IMG/VR virus record: IMGVR_UViG_2684623061_000002
Span: 1-64,000 of that record
Length of the DNA stretch: 64,000 bases
Direction: 5' to 3' (one strand)
Origin: a virus
Taxonomy: Duplodnaviria; Caudoviricetes
In this document: piece by piece, positions 46,848-55,370 of the stretch
Numbering within the stretch: position 1 is the stretch's first letter
How the letters are laid out: the number at the start of each line of letters is the position of its first letter
The notes under the pieces: model-generated
What the model saw: only the letters and a program-made list of their open reading frames with translations
Databases searched by the model: none
What the model was told of the DNA's origin: nothing
Program-made: the position numbers and the translations under genes

Positions 46848-47141
46848 TTACCAGGGGATGTCGTCTTCGGCGAAGTCGTCCTTCTTGGACGGCGGCGCTT
46901 CGCGACGCTGCGGTCGCGCCTGGCGTTCGGTGCGCTGCTCGCCATCGCGCTTCGGCTCGAAGCAGTACAGGCGACCATCAAACCAACTGCCGGTCGGAGT
47001 CGCGTGCAGCTCGATCGACAGGCCGCCGTCATCCCACTCGGTCAGGCGACCGACGTTGATCCAGTGCTTCTTCTCTTCGCCGTTGCCGGTGGTATACGGG
47101 CGTCCCGCACAAACATCGAGACGGCGCTTGGGGCTGGCCAT
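46848..47141 (-). CDS. Putative single-stranded DNA-binding protein
   Basis: Acidic tail DDFAEDDIPW; follows the exonuclease. Confidence 0.65.
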   Translation of the reverse strand: MASPKRRLDVCAGRPYTTGNGEEKKHWINVGRLTEWDDGGLSIELHATPTGSWFDGRLYCFEPKRDGEQRTERQARPQRREAPPSKKDDFAEDDIPW

Positions 47142-47821
47142 TAGGCGGCTTCCTTGTTGTTGAGTTGGTCGACGATGGCGCGGACTTCTGCGTCCAACGA
47201 AATGCAGGCGTCGGCGAGCTTCGCGATGTAGGGCTCGTCGCGTTCGACGCGCTGGATATACAGCCGCAAGTGCGGCGGGAAGTCGGGGTGGAAGGACACG
47301 AAGTCCCACCAGTTGCGGCCGGTGACCCACAGGCCGCCCTGGATCTGCTCGATGTGCTCGGAGGGCAGACCGCTGGCGAGGGTGGTCAGATGCACCTCGG
47401 ACGACTCGGGGCACTTGATTTCGCCGCCGCCGAATCCGCCCCGAGTGACGGCGGAGCCAACAGTGAAATCAGGTGACGCGCCGATAAAGTCATAGAACGG
47501 GTGGACGATGAAGCCACAGCGCTCGACGATCACGCCCGTCTCTGCCTCGTACGCTGCCTGTGCGGCCGGCTCCACGTCCTGGCCCCACTGCAACGCCCAC
47601 GCCTTGACCTGCTTCCGCGGCTTGCCAGTGATGCGCTCGGCGGCGAGCTGGTGGATGTAGTCGGTCCGAGCCTTGAGCGGTACAGAGACCTTCGGCTGAC
47701 CCTTCCGCGGTCCCGACTTCCAGACGCCCTCGCCGACGGTGAAGGCCATCACGTCCGACATGCGGGACGCCGTTATGCGGCCACAACGGGCGTCAAACCA
47801 TGCCTCGCTGCGCTGTTCCAT
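47141..47821 (-). CDS. Lambda-exonuclease/YqaJ family protein
   Basis: EQRS..WF.AR.G.ITAS, GASPD, EIKCP, QIQG. Confidence 0.92.
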   Translation of the reverse strand: MEQRSEAWFDARCGRITASRMSDVMAFTVGEGVWKSGPRKGQPKVSVPLKARTDYIHQLAAERITGKPRKQVKAWALQWGQDVEPAAQAAYEAETGVIVERCGFIVHPFYDFIGASPDFTVGSAVTRGGFGGGEIKCPESSEVHLTTLASGLPSEHIEQIQGGLWVTGRNWWDFVSFHPDFPPHLRLYIQRVERDEPYIAKLADACISLDAEVRAIVDQLNNKEAA

Positions 47822-48684
47822 TACTCGGACTCCTGCGCCATGTCGGCTTCGTCCTGCGCGCGCGCGTCGGCACCGTCGGCCAGATTCTTGAAGGCCGTCA
47901 TCTGGTCCGTGACGAGGACGCGCTTCTCGCGGGGCCATTCCTTCCACATGGCATTGAATGCGGCGGCGCCCTTGCGTGCGGTCTCTTCAGCTTCCCTGAG
48001 AGCGGCGGCGCGCTCCGGGCTGTCATCCGGCACGATCTGTTGCACGGCCGCCGCAGCAGCGGCGCTGGCTCGCGGCATCGACTGTCCGATCAGCTCCGCG
48101 ACGACCTCGTCCGGCAAGTCCTCGATGTCCTGGGTGAAGATGTCCGACGCCGCGGTCGCCGTGATCACGGCATCGACCTGCGCGCGCTTCTTGGCCATCT
48201 TCAGGATGGTGTTGCCCACGTCGGCCGGGTTGGTTCGGACCTGCTTCACGTCGCCGTTGTTGCGCGTGAACTTGATCCGGCGGCGGTTCTCGGGGGTGGC
48301 GTCGAATTCCTTCTGATTGACGGCCGCGCGCCACGCGTACTTGTCTTCCTGGCTGCTGCACTCGCCAAGGCCTTCGCCGACGAAATCGCCGTTGGCCGTG
48401 ACCAGGGACACGAAGACACGGTAGTGAATCTCGCCGCCTTGGCTCATATCTTCGACGCGCGGCTTTGCGCCGAGCCGGAAGGTCGCCATCAGCTTTTCGG
48501 CGCCGGCCTTCCACAGGCTCTTGCCGTTGGTGCCCGGAATCTTGCCGTAATGGGTGCCTTCGATCATGACCTCGCGCATCACGTCCTGCACGAGATTGAC
48601 CTGCGCGCGCACGTCTGCGGCAGTAAGCGAGCGCGAGCCGTAGTTCTCGACGGCCGGCTGGAATTGGACAACTTGGTTGCTCAT
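47821..48684 (-). CDS. Putative single-strand annealing recombinase
   Basis: SLWKAGAEKL, NTILKMAKKRA.VDA, FTQDIED; coupled to the exonuclease. Confidence 0.65.
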   Translation of the reverse strand: MSNQVVQFQPAVENYGSRSLTAADVRAQVNLVQDVMREVMIEGTHYGKIPGTNGKSLWKAGAEKLMATFRLGAKPRVEDMSQGGEIHYRVFVSLVTANGDFVGEGLGECSSQEDKYAWRAAVNQKEFDATPENRRRIKFTRNNGDVKQVRTNPADVGNTILKMAKKRAQVDAVITATAASDIFTQDIEDLPDEVVAELIGQSMPRASAAAAAAVQQIVPDDSPERAAALREAEETARKGAAAFNAMWKEWPREKRVLVTDQMTAFKNLADGADARAQDEADMAQESE

Positions 48685-48696
48685 AGCATTCTCTCG

Positions 48697-49170
48697 TTAC
48701 GCCGCTTTGCGGCTGTCGATGTACTCGTCGAACGTGTCCCTGGCCTTCTCGGACCAAACCACGCCGCGCTCGTTGCCTTCTGCGCGAACGAAGGTCAGGA
48801 AGTCGGCCATCTTTCGCTTGCCGTACTTGCTCGTGCTGGCGCCGACCATTACGGAGCCGCCGCTCAGCCCTTGGGCCGTCTCGGTCTGCTGTTCGAATGC
48901 CGCAGTCAGCACGGCCTTCCACGACTCCTTGCTCATCAGGTCGATGACCCAATGGCCGGCGACGGTGTGCGGCCAAGGAACCTGCTTCGCGAAGTCGGTC
49001 AGCGCCGGCCACATCGCCGCGTTCTGGTCGAGCGTCCGCGTCAGTTCGCTGAGCCGTACCTCCACCTCGCCGCGCTCAGCCCAGAGGCGCAGGGCCGCGA
49101 TCGCGCGCTCAGCCACCTCGCGCCAGCGCGGGTTGGTGTGGCGGACGATGAAGGTCTCGCGCTCACTCAT
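48697..49170 (-). CDS. ninB: NinB-family recombination protein
   Basis: RTLDQNA.MW..L.D.A.QV.W, WK...TAA, G.STSK, GV.WS. Confidence 0.85.
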   Translation of the reverse strand: MSERETFIVRHTNPRWREVAERAIAALRLWAERGEVEVRLSELTRTLDQNAAMWPALTDFAKQVPWPHTVAGHWVIDLMSKESWKAVLTAAFEQQTETAQGLSGGSVMVGASTSKYGKRKMADFLTFVRAEGNERGVVWSEKARDTFDEYIDSRKAA

Positions 49171-49381
49171 GGCGGCAAGCACTCAGCACGAACGCGAGGA
49201 CGGTGATCAGGCCGGCGAACCCAGCAAGGCCCGAGAGGACGTACGGGTGCGGGAACCACAGCGCGAAGGCGAGGCCGGCCATCAGCGCGTGCGCCAGGAA
49301 ATAGGCCAGCCAGTCGCGCCACGTCATCGGCAGCGACAGCTCGCGGCCCTCGCGGGGGTTTGGTTCGATCTGGGCGGTCAT
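49163..49381 (-). CDS. Small membrane protein
   Basis: Two hydrophobic helices. Confidence 0.6.
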   Translation of the reverse strand: MTAQIEPNPREGRELSLPMTWRDWLAYFLAHALMAGLAFALWFPHPYVLSGLAGFAGLITVLAFVLSACRHE

Positions 49382-49386
49382 GACGG

Positions 49387-50166
49387 TCAGGCCGCGGCTT
49401 TGTCGAGAGCAGCAAACAGGGCGTCGCGCTCAGCGATCCACGCCGCCGACCATGCCGCCGACCATGCCGATGCCGACCACGCCGCCGACCACGCCGCCGA
49501 CTCCGCCGCCGACCTCGCCGCCGACTCCGCCGCCGACCTCGCCGACCACGCCGCCGACCACGCCGCCGACCTCGCCGCCGACTCCGCCGCCGACCTCGCC
49601 GACCTCGCCGACCACGCCGCCGACTCCGCCGCCGACTCCGCCGCCGACAGCTCGCACGAGTTGCCACCGGCAGCGGCCTCGTGGGCGCGTCGGCCAACTT
49701 CCAGCGCGGCAATGACGCCCTGAATGGCTTCGGTCACGCCATGGGTGTGCTTGGCTTCCAGCGCCTTGCGCTGCTCGATGAGCATTCGGTCGATACGGGC
49801 GACGGCCAGCCAATGCTGCACCGGCTCCAAGTTGACGCCGACGGGGATTCGCTTAGCGAGTTCGACATGGAAGCTGACGCGCTCGGCCTGCGGCAGGCCC
49901 TCGAACATGGAGTCCTGCAGCTGGATCAGCCATTCGGGAAGCCCGCGCGCTTCGGCGACGATCGCATGCCAGTCGCCGTACCTTTCCGGATCGATGTCGT
50001 GCGCGAAGCAGCCGACGGAACAGCCGCGGAATTCGGCGCCTTTGCCGGTCCCGTAGGTGCCGGACGCCAGCATGTCCGCTGCGGCGTGGTGTTCGGCCTG
50101 GGCGACATGCTCGGCCTTGAGGGCGGCGTCGCCGTGGAAGGAGAGGGCGGTTTCGATGGTGGTCAT
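49387..50166 (-). CDS. Phage hypothetical protein with SAA(W/E/R) repeats
   Basis: GCSVGC N-terminal domain; repeat tract at 49439-49650. Confidence 0.8.
   Translation of the reverse strand: MTTIETALSFHGDAALKAEHVAQAEHHAAADMLASGTYGTGKGAEFRGCSVGCFAHDIDPERYGDWHAIVAEARGLPEWLIQLQDSMFEGLPQAERVSFHVELAKRIPVGVNLEPVQHWLAVARIDRMLIEQRKALEAKHTHGVTEAIQGVIAALEVGRRAHEAAAGGNSCELSAAESAAESAAWSARSARSAAESAARSAAWSAAWSARSAAESAARSAAESAAWSAAWSASAWSAAWSAAWIAERDALFAALDKAAA
49439..49650. repeat. Tandem 9/12-nt coding repeats (CGCCGCCGAC core)
   Basis: Directly visible; encodes SAAESAAESAAWSARSAR... Confidence 0.9.
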
Positions 50167-50187
50167 GTTCGATTCCTTCGGGTTGGG

Positions 50188-50403
50188 TCAGGCGCGAGGA
50201 ACGCGCGGTTCTTTGGCAAAGGCGGTAAGGACGCAGCGCGGGCGCTGCTCCGCGTACTGGCGCAGGTCTTTGCGCGCGGCGGCGATGTCGAGGTGAGGGC
50301 CCAGTTCGGCGATCCGCGCGTCGCTCAGCGCGTCGACGACCGCCAGGGCCTCGCGGATCAGGAAGCGGGACTCGCGCGCGCGGGCTTCGTGGGTGCGGCT
50401 CAT
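50188..50403 (-). CDS. Phage hypothetical protein
   Basis: ATGA-coupled. Confidence 0.55.
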   Translation of the reverse strand: MSRTHEARARESRFLIREALAVVDALSDARIAELGPHLDIAAARKDLRQYAEQRPRCVLTAFAKEPRVPRA

Positions 50404-50753
50404 GGCGCGGCACCGAAGCGGGCGACAGCGTCCCGGCGGCGGGTGATCGCTTCGCGCAGCCGCTGCTGTGCGGCGCGATCTTCATGGTCCGAGCCGTAGC
50501 CGATGTTGGCGAGGCACAGAGCTTCGTCGTACTCCCGATCCGCCTCGACGAGCTCGGCCACGGCGGAATCGCGCTGGGCAAGCGCAGCTTCGGCGTCCTC
50601 GACCCGACGCTTTGTCGCGGCGAGTAGTCCCAAGAGGGCGCCGGCCAGGCTGTTGGCGTCGTCACGATCGATGTAGCCGCCGTCTTCGTGCGGGGACATG
50701 CTCCCGGGATAAGCCGACCGGTACGCGATCACATCCACAGTGGGCTCAGACAT
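50400..50753 (-). CDS. Phage hypothetical protein
   Basis: GAGGA RBS, overlap-coupled. Confidence 0.6.
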   Translation of the reverse strand: MSEPTVDVIAYRSAYPGSMSPHEDGGYIDRDDANSLAGALLGLLAATKRRVEDAEAALAQRDSAVAELVEADREYDEALCLANIGYGSDHEDRAAQQRLREAITRRRDAVARFGAAP

Positions 50754-51123
50754 GGTGGGGTTCCTCGGTGGTGACGCGAGCGATGGCGGCATTTGCGGTG
50801 TCGACAGCCTCCGTCAGCGCTTCCGAAAGCTCCTGCAGATCCATCGAATCAGGGCCACCGACGCGCAGCGCGCGAGAGAGTCCGCCGATGTGGTCAAGCG
50901 CAGCGAATAAATCCGGCGCTGCGGCGATCAGGCGAGCATTTGCCCAGCCACGCGCGAGCGGCCTGGTCCCGGTCTTCCGGCCGTCCGGATCGCAAACGTC
51001 CCGTTCGACGTGCGCAATGCCGCAGACGAAGTAGTTGCCGCCGTCGCCTACGATCTCGACGCCGTGCAGGCCGTAGCCCTTTCCCGTCGACCAGGGCCCC
51101 GGAGTGAAGGCGGGGGCGCTCAT
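50746..51123 (-). CDS. Phage hypothetical protein
   Basis: TPGPW...ANARLIAAAPDL motif common in phage early genes. Confidence 0.78.
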   Translation of the reverse strand: MSAPAFTPGPWSTGKGYGLHGVEIVGDGGNYFVCGIAHVERDVCDPDGRKTGTRPLARGWANARLIAAAPDLFAALDHIGGLSRALRVGGPDSMDLQELSEALTEAVDTANAAIARVTTEEPHHV

Positions 51124-51317
51124 GCCGAAACCGCCTGCGCGACGAGCTGCGCGCGTGCGGCCTGCGCGGCCGCGATCAGCTGGTCGAACTGCTCGACGGT
51201 CAGCGTCAGCGACACCGTCTCGTGCGCGGTGCGCACCCACACCGTGCCGTCGTCGTCGTCCATCAGGCGCGACTCGACGCAGCGGTCCTCGCCCAGGATG
51301 TGAAGGGAAATGCTCAT
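51120..51317 (-). CDS. Phage hypothetical protein
   Basis: ATGA-coupled on both sides. Confidence 0.6.
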   Translation of the reverse strand: MSISLHILGEDRCVESRLMDDDDGTVWVRTAHETVSLTLTVEQFDQLIAAAQAARAQLVAQAVSA

Positions 51318-51550
51318 GCAGCGCGCTCCAGCGCCGATCGCGGCGCGATGTCAGTAGGAAGAGGGGAGGGGCGCATCGCACGCGCCCGCAGCCGGCGGTA
51401 CTCGCCCTGCGCGTGACGGCCCAGGAAGCAGCGGTACTCGTTCGAGGGATCCCGGCGCAGGCTCAGCGCGTCCGCTCGCTGGCGGCGCAGCTGGTCGAGG
51501 AGGTCCAGGCTCGGGAGCGGCGCTGCGACCTGGTTGCTGCTCTGCGACAT
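51314..51550 (-). CDS. Phage hypothetical protein, first gene after PL
   Basis: Downstream of the PL-like promoter. Confidence 0.55.
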   Translation of the reverse strand: MSQSSNQVAAPLPSLDLLDQLRRQRADALSLRRDPSNEYRCFLGRHAQGEYRRLRARAMRPSPLPTDIAPRSALERAA

Positions 51551-51589
51551 GTCCGTCTGCCCCAATGGCTGTGGTTGGCCGATTGGGTT

Positions 51590-51631
51590 AGATTACCAAA
51601 CGGTAATGGTGTGTCAATACCAAAAGGTAAT
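51590..51631 (-). promoter_or_regulatory. PL-like promoter with two operators
   Basis: TTGACA-16 nt-TAATCT on the minus strand; ATTACCAAACGGTAAT (51592-51607), AATACCAAAAGGTAAT (51616-51631). Confidence 0.82.
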
Positions 51632-51679
51632 ATTTCTTCGACAATTTTATGAACAGGGGAATCGCCGCCCCCACATAGC

Positions 51680-51701
51680 AAAAACCCCGCCGGAGCGGGG
51701 T
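51680..51701 (-). terminator. Terminator of the cI operon
   Basis: ACCCCGC-TCCG-GCGGGGT plus T tract on the minus strand. Confidence 0.8.
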
Positions 51702-51724
51702 CTTGGGTCAACGTGAGAGGAGGG

Positions 51725-52393
51725 TCAGTTCACTTCTTTGCAGCTCTGGCCTTGGCACTGGATCACCAGCGATCGCCCAGTAGAAGGGCAGCTAGCTCGG
51801 TACACGTTGCCGCTCACGACGGACACGCCGCCGGCGCTGCAGCCACGCTCAGCCGCATATCGGAGTGCTGCGTCATACGCGCTCCCAGTCGGCGGGGGCG
51901 ATGCAGAGGCGGGGGCCGGCGCGCCAGCAGAGGGGGATGGCGCCGCAGCCTCTTGAGAGAGCGGGGAAGTGACAGCGGTCCCTTGGTCGTACACATAGAT
52001 CGCCATTCCAGAGCCGGCCTTGCGATAGTTCGCGGCGCTGGAGCCGATGCCGAATGCTGTATTGCCGTTTGACCAGGCGTTCGCCACACCAACGCTGCCA
52101 GCGTATTGGTCGCCGACGCCCTGGATCAGGACGCCATTTGCACCGTACTTCGCGGCCTCGATCTTCAGGCGATCGATCGCCTTGTTGGTCTTCTGCTGGG
52201 CCGTGATCGCCCAAGAAGCATCGCTGTTCGACTCCAGAATTGCGACCTTCTCGAATCGCTCGGGTGGGTCGACATAGAGCCGGACGAGGGCCGGGTCTAT
52301 CGGCGGTCGAGCGGTGCCGATCAGGACGCTCGACGAAACGCAGCCCGTAGCCGCGATGGTGAGTACTGCTGCAAGCAGGTGTCTATGAAACAT
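51725..52393 (-). CDS. Lipoprotein in the repressor operon
   Basis: MFHRHLLAAVLTIAATGC signal/lipobox; LK.EAAK.GANGVL; start re-called. Confidence 0.8.
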   Translation of the reverse strand: MFHRHLLAAVLTIAATGCVSSSVLIGTARPPIDPALVRLYVDPPERFEKVAILESNSDASWAITAQQKTNKAIDRLKIEAAKYGANGVLIQGVGDQYAGSVGVANAWSNGNTAFGIGSSAANYRKAGSGMAIYVYDQGTAVTSPLSQEAAAPSPSAGAPAPASASPPPTGSAYDAALRYAAERGCSAGGVSVVSGNVYRASCPSTGRSLVIQCQGQSCKEVN

Positions 52394-52616
52394 TGGCCCC
52401 CTCCATTCCCTTGATGGTGCCGGCTCCTTGTGGGCCAGCGGATTTGCTGGGCGCTTGTGCCTTGCGGCGCGCCTTGAAATCAATAACGTTGCCGCCGGGC
52501 CCAAGCGGCAACTCTGATTGAACTGGGGGAGGCTTACAAAGCCCTCGAACAGTCTCAATCTCTGCCGAGAGCCTTTCTGCGAGTGCCCACAGCTTCCCGT
52601 CCGACCATTTGCTCAT
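52383..52616 (-). CDS. Hypothetical protein in the repressor operon
   Basis: Overlaps the cI end and the lipoprotein start; NVIDF motif. Confidence 0.5.
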   Translation of the reverse strand: MSKWSDGKLWALAERLSAEIETVRGLCKPPPVQSELPLGPGGNVIDFKARRKAQAPSKSAGPQGAGTIKGMEGANVS

Positions 52617-53073
52617 TTTGCCCTCTGGCACGAAGCCACTCGCTCATGCGTGTAGACGCATCCTCCAGATCGAAATCTGAAGGGCTCAGCGATACGACGT
52701 CGTAGGCCATGAGAAGCATGTCGGTGTTCTCGTCCGAAATAACGAACTGAACACCCTGAATGTGTGACACAAAAGACAGTAGGCGCATCGCACGACGGAG
52801 CGTTGCAGGGTCCGGTCGCCCCAGTTGCGACGACTCGTGAGATTCGTCATCGGCCTCCGATGACAGATAGCCAGCGGGCATGCCCGCGGCCTTTTCCAGC
52901 GCCGCTGCGCGCTTCTCGCCGAACGATTTGTTCTTGAGCAGCAGCGAGATCTCGCCCTGGTTCAAATTGTGCGCTCGCACAAAATCGGCCTGTTTACCGC
53001 CGTGATGCTGGTCGATCCACGCCTGAAGACGCGCTCGGCGAGTGGCTACTTTGGGGTTATCGACCGGGCTCAT
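52555..53073 (-). CDS. CI-like repressor
   Basis: RRARL..WI.....G.QA.F......NQGEIS.LL..KSFGEKRA..LE...GMP.GYL; divergent from cro. Confidence 0.85.
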   Translation of the reverse strand: MSPVDNPKVATRRARLQAWIDQHHGGKQADFVRAHNLNQGEISLLLKNKSFGEKRAAALEKAAGMPAGYLSSEADDESHESSQLGRPDPATLRRAMRLLSFVSHIQGVQFVISDENTDMLLMAYDVVSLSPSDFDLEDASTRMSEWLRARGQNEQMVGREAVGTRRKALGRD

Positions 53074-53086
53074 CGGCGGAGCATCG

Positions 53087-53143
53087 GTTACCGATGGGTA
53101 ATTTACCAAACGGTATTGACTTCGTATTACCATATGGTAATGT
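53087..53143 (+). promoter_or_regulatory. PR-like promoter with three operators
   Basis: GTTACCGATGGGTAAT, TTTACCAAACGGTATT, ATTACCATATGGTAAT; TTGACT-16 nt-TAATGT. Confidence 0.85.
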
Positions 53144-53150
53144 CCAGCGC

Positions 53151-53378
53151 ATGGACACCCTTCGCGCGTACCTCTCGAATCTGAGCCCGGCAGAGCAGGC
53201 GGACTACGCCAAGCGCGCCGGCACTTCCATCGGCTACCTCCGCAAGGCCCTCAGCATCGGCCAGCGTTTCGACGGCGCGCTCGCGCGTCGACTCGACGAG
53301 GAAAGCGCCGGCCAGGTGCAGCGCCACGACCTGCGCCCCGACATCTTCGGCGACGCCCCCGCGGGCGAGGCGGCGTGA
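53151..53378 (+). CDS. Cro/YdaS-like protein
   Basis: YA.RAGTSIGYLRK, S.GQV...DLRPDIF. Confidence 0.85.
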   Translation: MDTLRAYLSNLSPAEQADYAKRAGTSIGYLRKALSIGQRFDGALARRLDEESAGQVQRHDLRPDIFGDAPAGEAA

Positions 53379-53431
53379 CATGGACGCCTTCCGCCAGTTC
53401 ATGACGACCATCAATGAGCAGGGGGCGCGGC

Positions 53432-53767
53432 TTAGCGCTTCCCGAGAGCTTCTGCAATCTCTGATTCGATCAGTGCCTGAAGTTCCTTCACAACCGCCGG
53501 CTGCACAGTTGCAGTCGACCCCGAAGCCGACCAGAACTCGGAAACCCGGTGGTCCCACTCGCGCTTCAGCGCAGCGGGATCCGGGTGGCTCGCTATGAGC
53601 GCGCGGACGGCCGCCGTGAGCATCGCCACAAGCATCGGCGACAGCGGCGATGTCTTGATCAGCTCGTCGGTGACTTTTAGCAGCGTCGGTAACGCCATCA
53701 CTGGCTTCTCGTACGAAGCGAGTCGGGCTTCGATCTGGCGCAGGCGCGCTTCCAACTGTTCGTCCAT
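53432..53767 (-). CDS. Hypothetical protein antisense to the early right operon
   Basis: GGAGA RBS, 111 aa, protein-like composition. Confidence 0.6.
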   Translation of the reverse strand: MDEQLEARLRQIEARLASYEKPVMALPTLLKVTDELIKTSPLSPMLVAMLTAAVRALIASHPDPAALKREWDHRVSEFWSASGSTATVQPAVVKELQALIESEIAEALGKR

Positions 53768-54099
53768 GACGGTCTCCGGTGTAGGTGAGGGTGGGTCGCC
53801 CCTCCAAGCCTACGCCGGGGACTGTCGCCTTCGCACTGGCGTCCACTCAGCGCCCCTCGCGCACGCGCGCCCAGGGGAACACCACGACCCGCGCGACCTG
53901 GCCCTCGGGCGCAGGAGCGGGGCAGGGCAGGCGACGGATGGACACGCCGTCCTCTCGTCGGGTCACGGCGAACGCATTGCCGCATACGCGCTTCAGCTCG
54001 GTCACGGGCTGCATTTTTCCAGCTGATTTCACGGCGGCTCGGTCCTTCGGGTTCGGGCCTTTATTTCGACCGAAACGCATTGGCAACGGTAGACAACAG

Positions 54100-54456
54100 A
54101 TGGCAACGGACGGCAACCAAAATTCTCTCCCCCTCGCATTCGGCGTGCACCACGCCCCGAAGGACGCGCCCGCAAAGGTGCTGCGTCTGATCGACAGCGA
54201 GGCGCAGGCGCTGCGCGTATCGATCGCGGCAGGCCACTTCAAGCTCGACTACATCGCTGCCTGCATCGGCAAGTCGCGCGCGTACGTCTCGCGCATGCAG
54301 ACCGGCGAACGCCCGATCCCCCGAAAGCTGGTCGCGCCTCTCTGCGCCGCGACCGGCACCTACCTCCTGCGCCAGTACATCGAGCTGCAGGCCGCACTTG
54401 ATCGCCGCGACGTGTGCCAAGTCTCGTACGTCGCCGGCCTGTTGAGGGCTTCGTGA
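54100..54456 (+). CDS. CII-like HTH regulator
   Basis: IAACIGKSRAYVSRMQTGERP; lies after cro; start re-called. Confidence 0.72.
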   Translation: MATDGNQNSLPLAFGVHHAPKDAPAKVLRLIDSEAQALRVSIAAGHFKLDYIAACIGKSRAYVSRMQTGERPIPRKLVAPLCAATGTYLLRQYIELQAALDRRDVCQVSYVAGLLRAS

Positions 54457-54737
54457 TGGCTAATTTCTTTGTGGGGCAGCTGGTTCGTCTTGTGGTACAG
54501 CAGGACATCGAGGACTACGCAGAAGCGCGCACGATTGGGTCGATTGGGCAGATCGTTGGCCCTGGCCGAACGTTCGAGACGTACGAGGACAGCTACGACT
54601 GGCTGGTGCATTTCCCGGTCTATAGCGATGGCGCCCTGTGCGCGTACTCGTGGCAGCTCGAACCCGCCCGGTACGACGGCATGCAGCCGGTCGATTGGTC
54701 GGAGTGTCTGTGGCAGCCGGAAGGGGTTGCGGCATGA
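54456..54737 (+). CDS. Phage hypothetical protein
   Basis: TGATG-coupled. Confidence 0.65.
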   Translation: MANFFVGQLVRLVVQQDIEDYAEARTIGSIGQIVGPGRTFETYEDSYDWLVHFPVYSDGALCAYSWQLEPARYDGMQPVDWSECLWQPEGVAA

Positions 54738-54913
54738 ACACCCAGAACCTACCGCCGCTGGAATTCGTCCTTACGCCGTCCGAGACCTCTAAGGCTCGCT
54801 ACGGCACGGTGTACCTCGAAGACCGGCGTCGCCGGCTCAACGAGCGCGACACGCGCCGCAGTAACAACGAGGTGGCGAACCTGCTGGAGCGGGCGCTGGA
54901 GGAAGGGGCATGA
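54734..54913 (+). CDS. Phage hypothetical protein
   Basis: ATGA-coupled. Confidence 0.55.
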   Translation: MNTQNLPPLEFVLTPSETSKARYGTVYLEDRRRRLNERDTRRSNNEVANLLERALEEGA

Positions 54914-55173
54914 CCGGCAACCCGAAAATGGTCGGGAATCCGACCCCCTCCAATGTCCAGCCTGGGGCTCCCCAACTGGAGCTTCTCGCCATGAGAGATG
55001 AAACCGTTCGAGCTCTGGACGACAGTGGTCTGGACCACGTCGTTCGCTACCTCGTCGCCCACGTACCGGGGCTGCAGCACACCCTGGCGGTGGCAATGCG
55101 GGAGCGGCGCCGGCGGCTGCGTGTGGCTCGCCACTTGGCTGAAAAGGCCGCTCAGGAGGCGACATGCGCCTGA
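54910..55173 (+). CDS. Phage hypothetical protein
   Basis: ATGA-coupled. Confidence 0.55.
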   Translation: MTGNPKMVGNPTPSNVQPGAPQLELLAMRDETVRALDDSGLDHVVRYLVAHVPGLQHTLAVAMRERRRRLRVARHLAEKAAQEATCA

Positions 55174-55370
55174 TCAGCTCCCTGCGGCAGCGGCGTGAGG
55201 ACTGGAAGCAGGAGACACGCATTGCTGTCCTCGCTAACGAGGTGAAGCGGCGGATGGCAAGTGGCCAAATAGTCTTGGCTCGCCTGAGCCAGAACGAGTT
55301 GCGCGACGAGATCGCCAGGCGCTCCCCCGAGCAGATCGCTCGCATGGAACGGAAGCGGGGGCTGCGCTGA
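55164..55370 (+). CDS. Phage hypothetical protein
   Basis: AGGAGG RBS; TGATG-coupled to the initiator. Confidence 0.62.
   Translation: MRLISSLRQRREDWKQETRIAVLANEVKRRMASGQIVLARLSQNELRDEIARRSPEQIARMERKRGLR

Noticed and set aside
49439-49650. CRISPR array
   Set aside because: Short tandem units with no unique spacers, inside an ORF, and no cas genes
37236-53143. Cross-talk between prophage 2 operators and prophage 1 iterons (shared GGTAA half-site)
   Set aside because: I saw no TTACC-N4-GGTAA spacing in the iteron region; a 5-bp half-site is too weak
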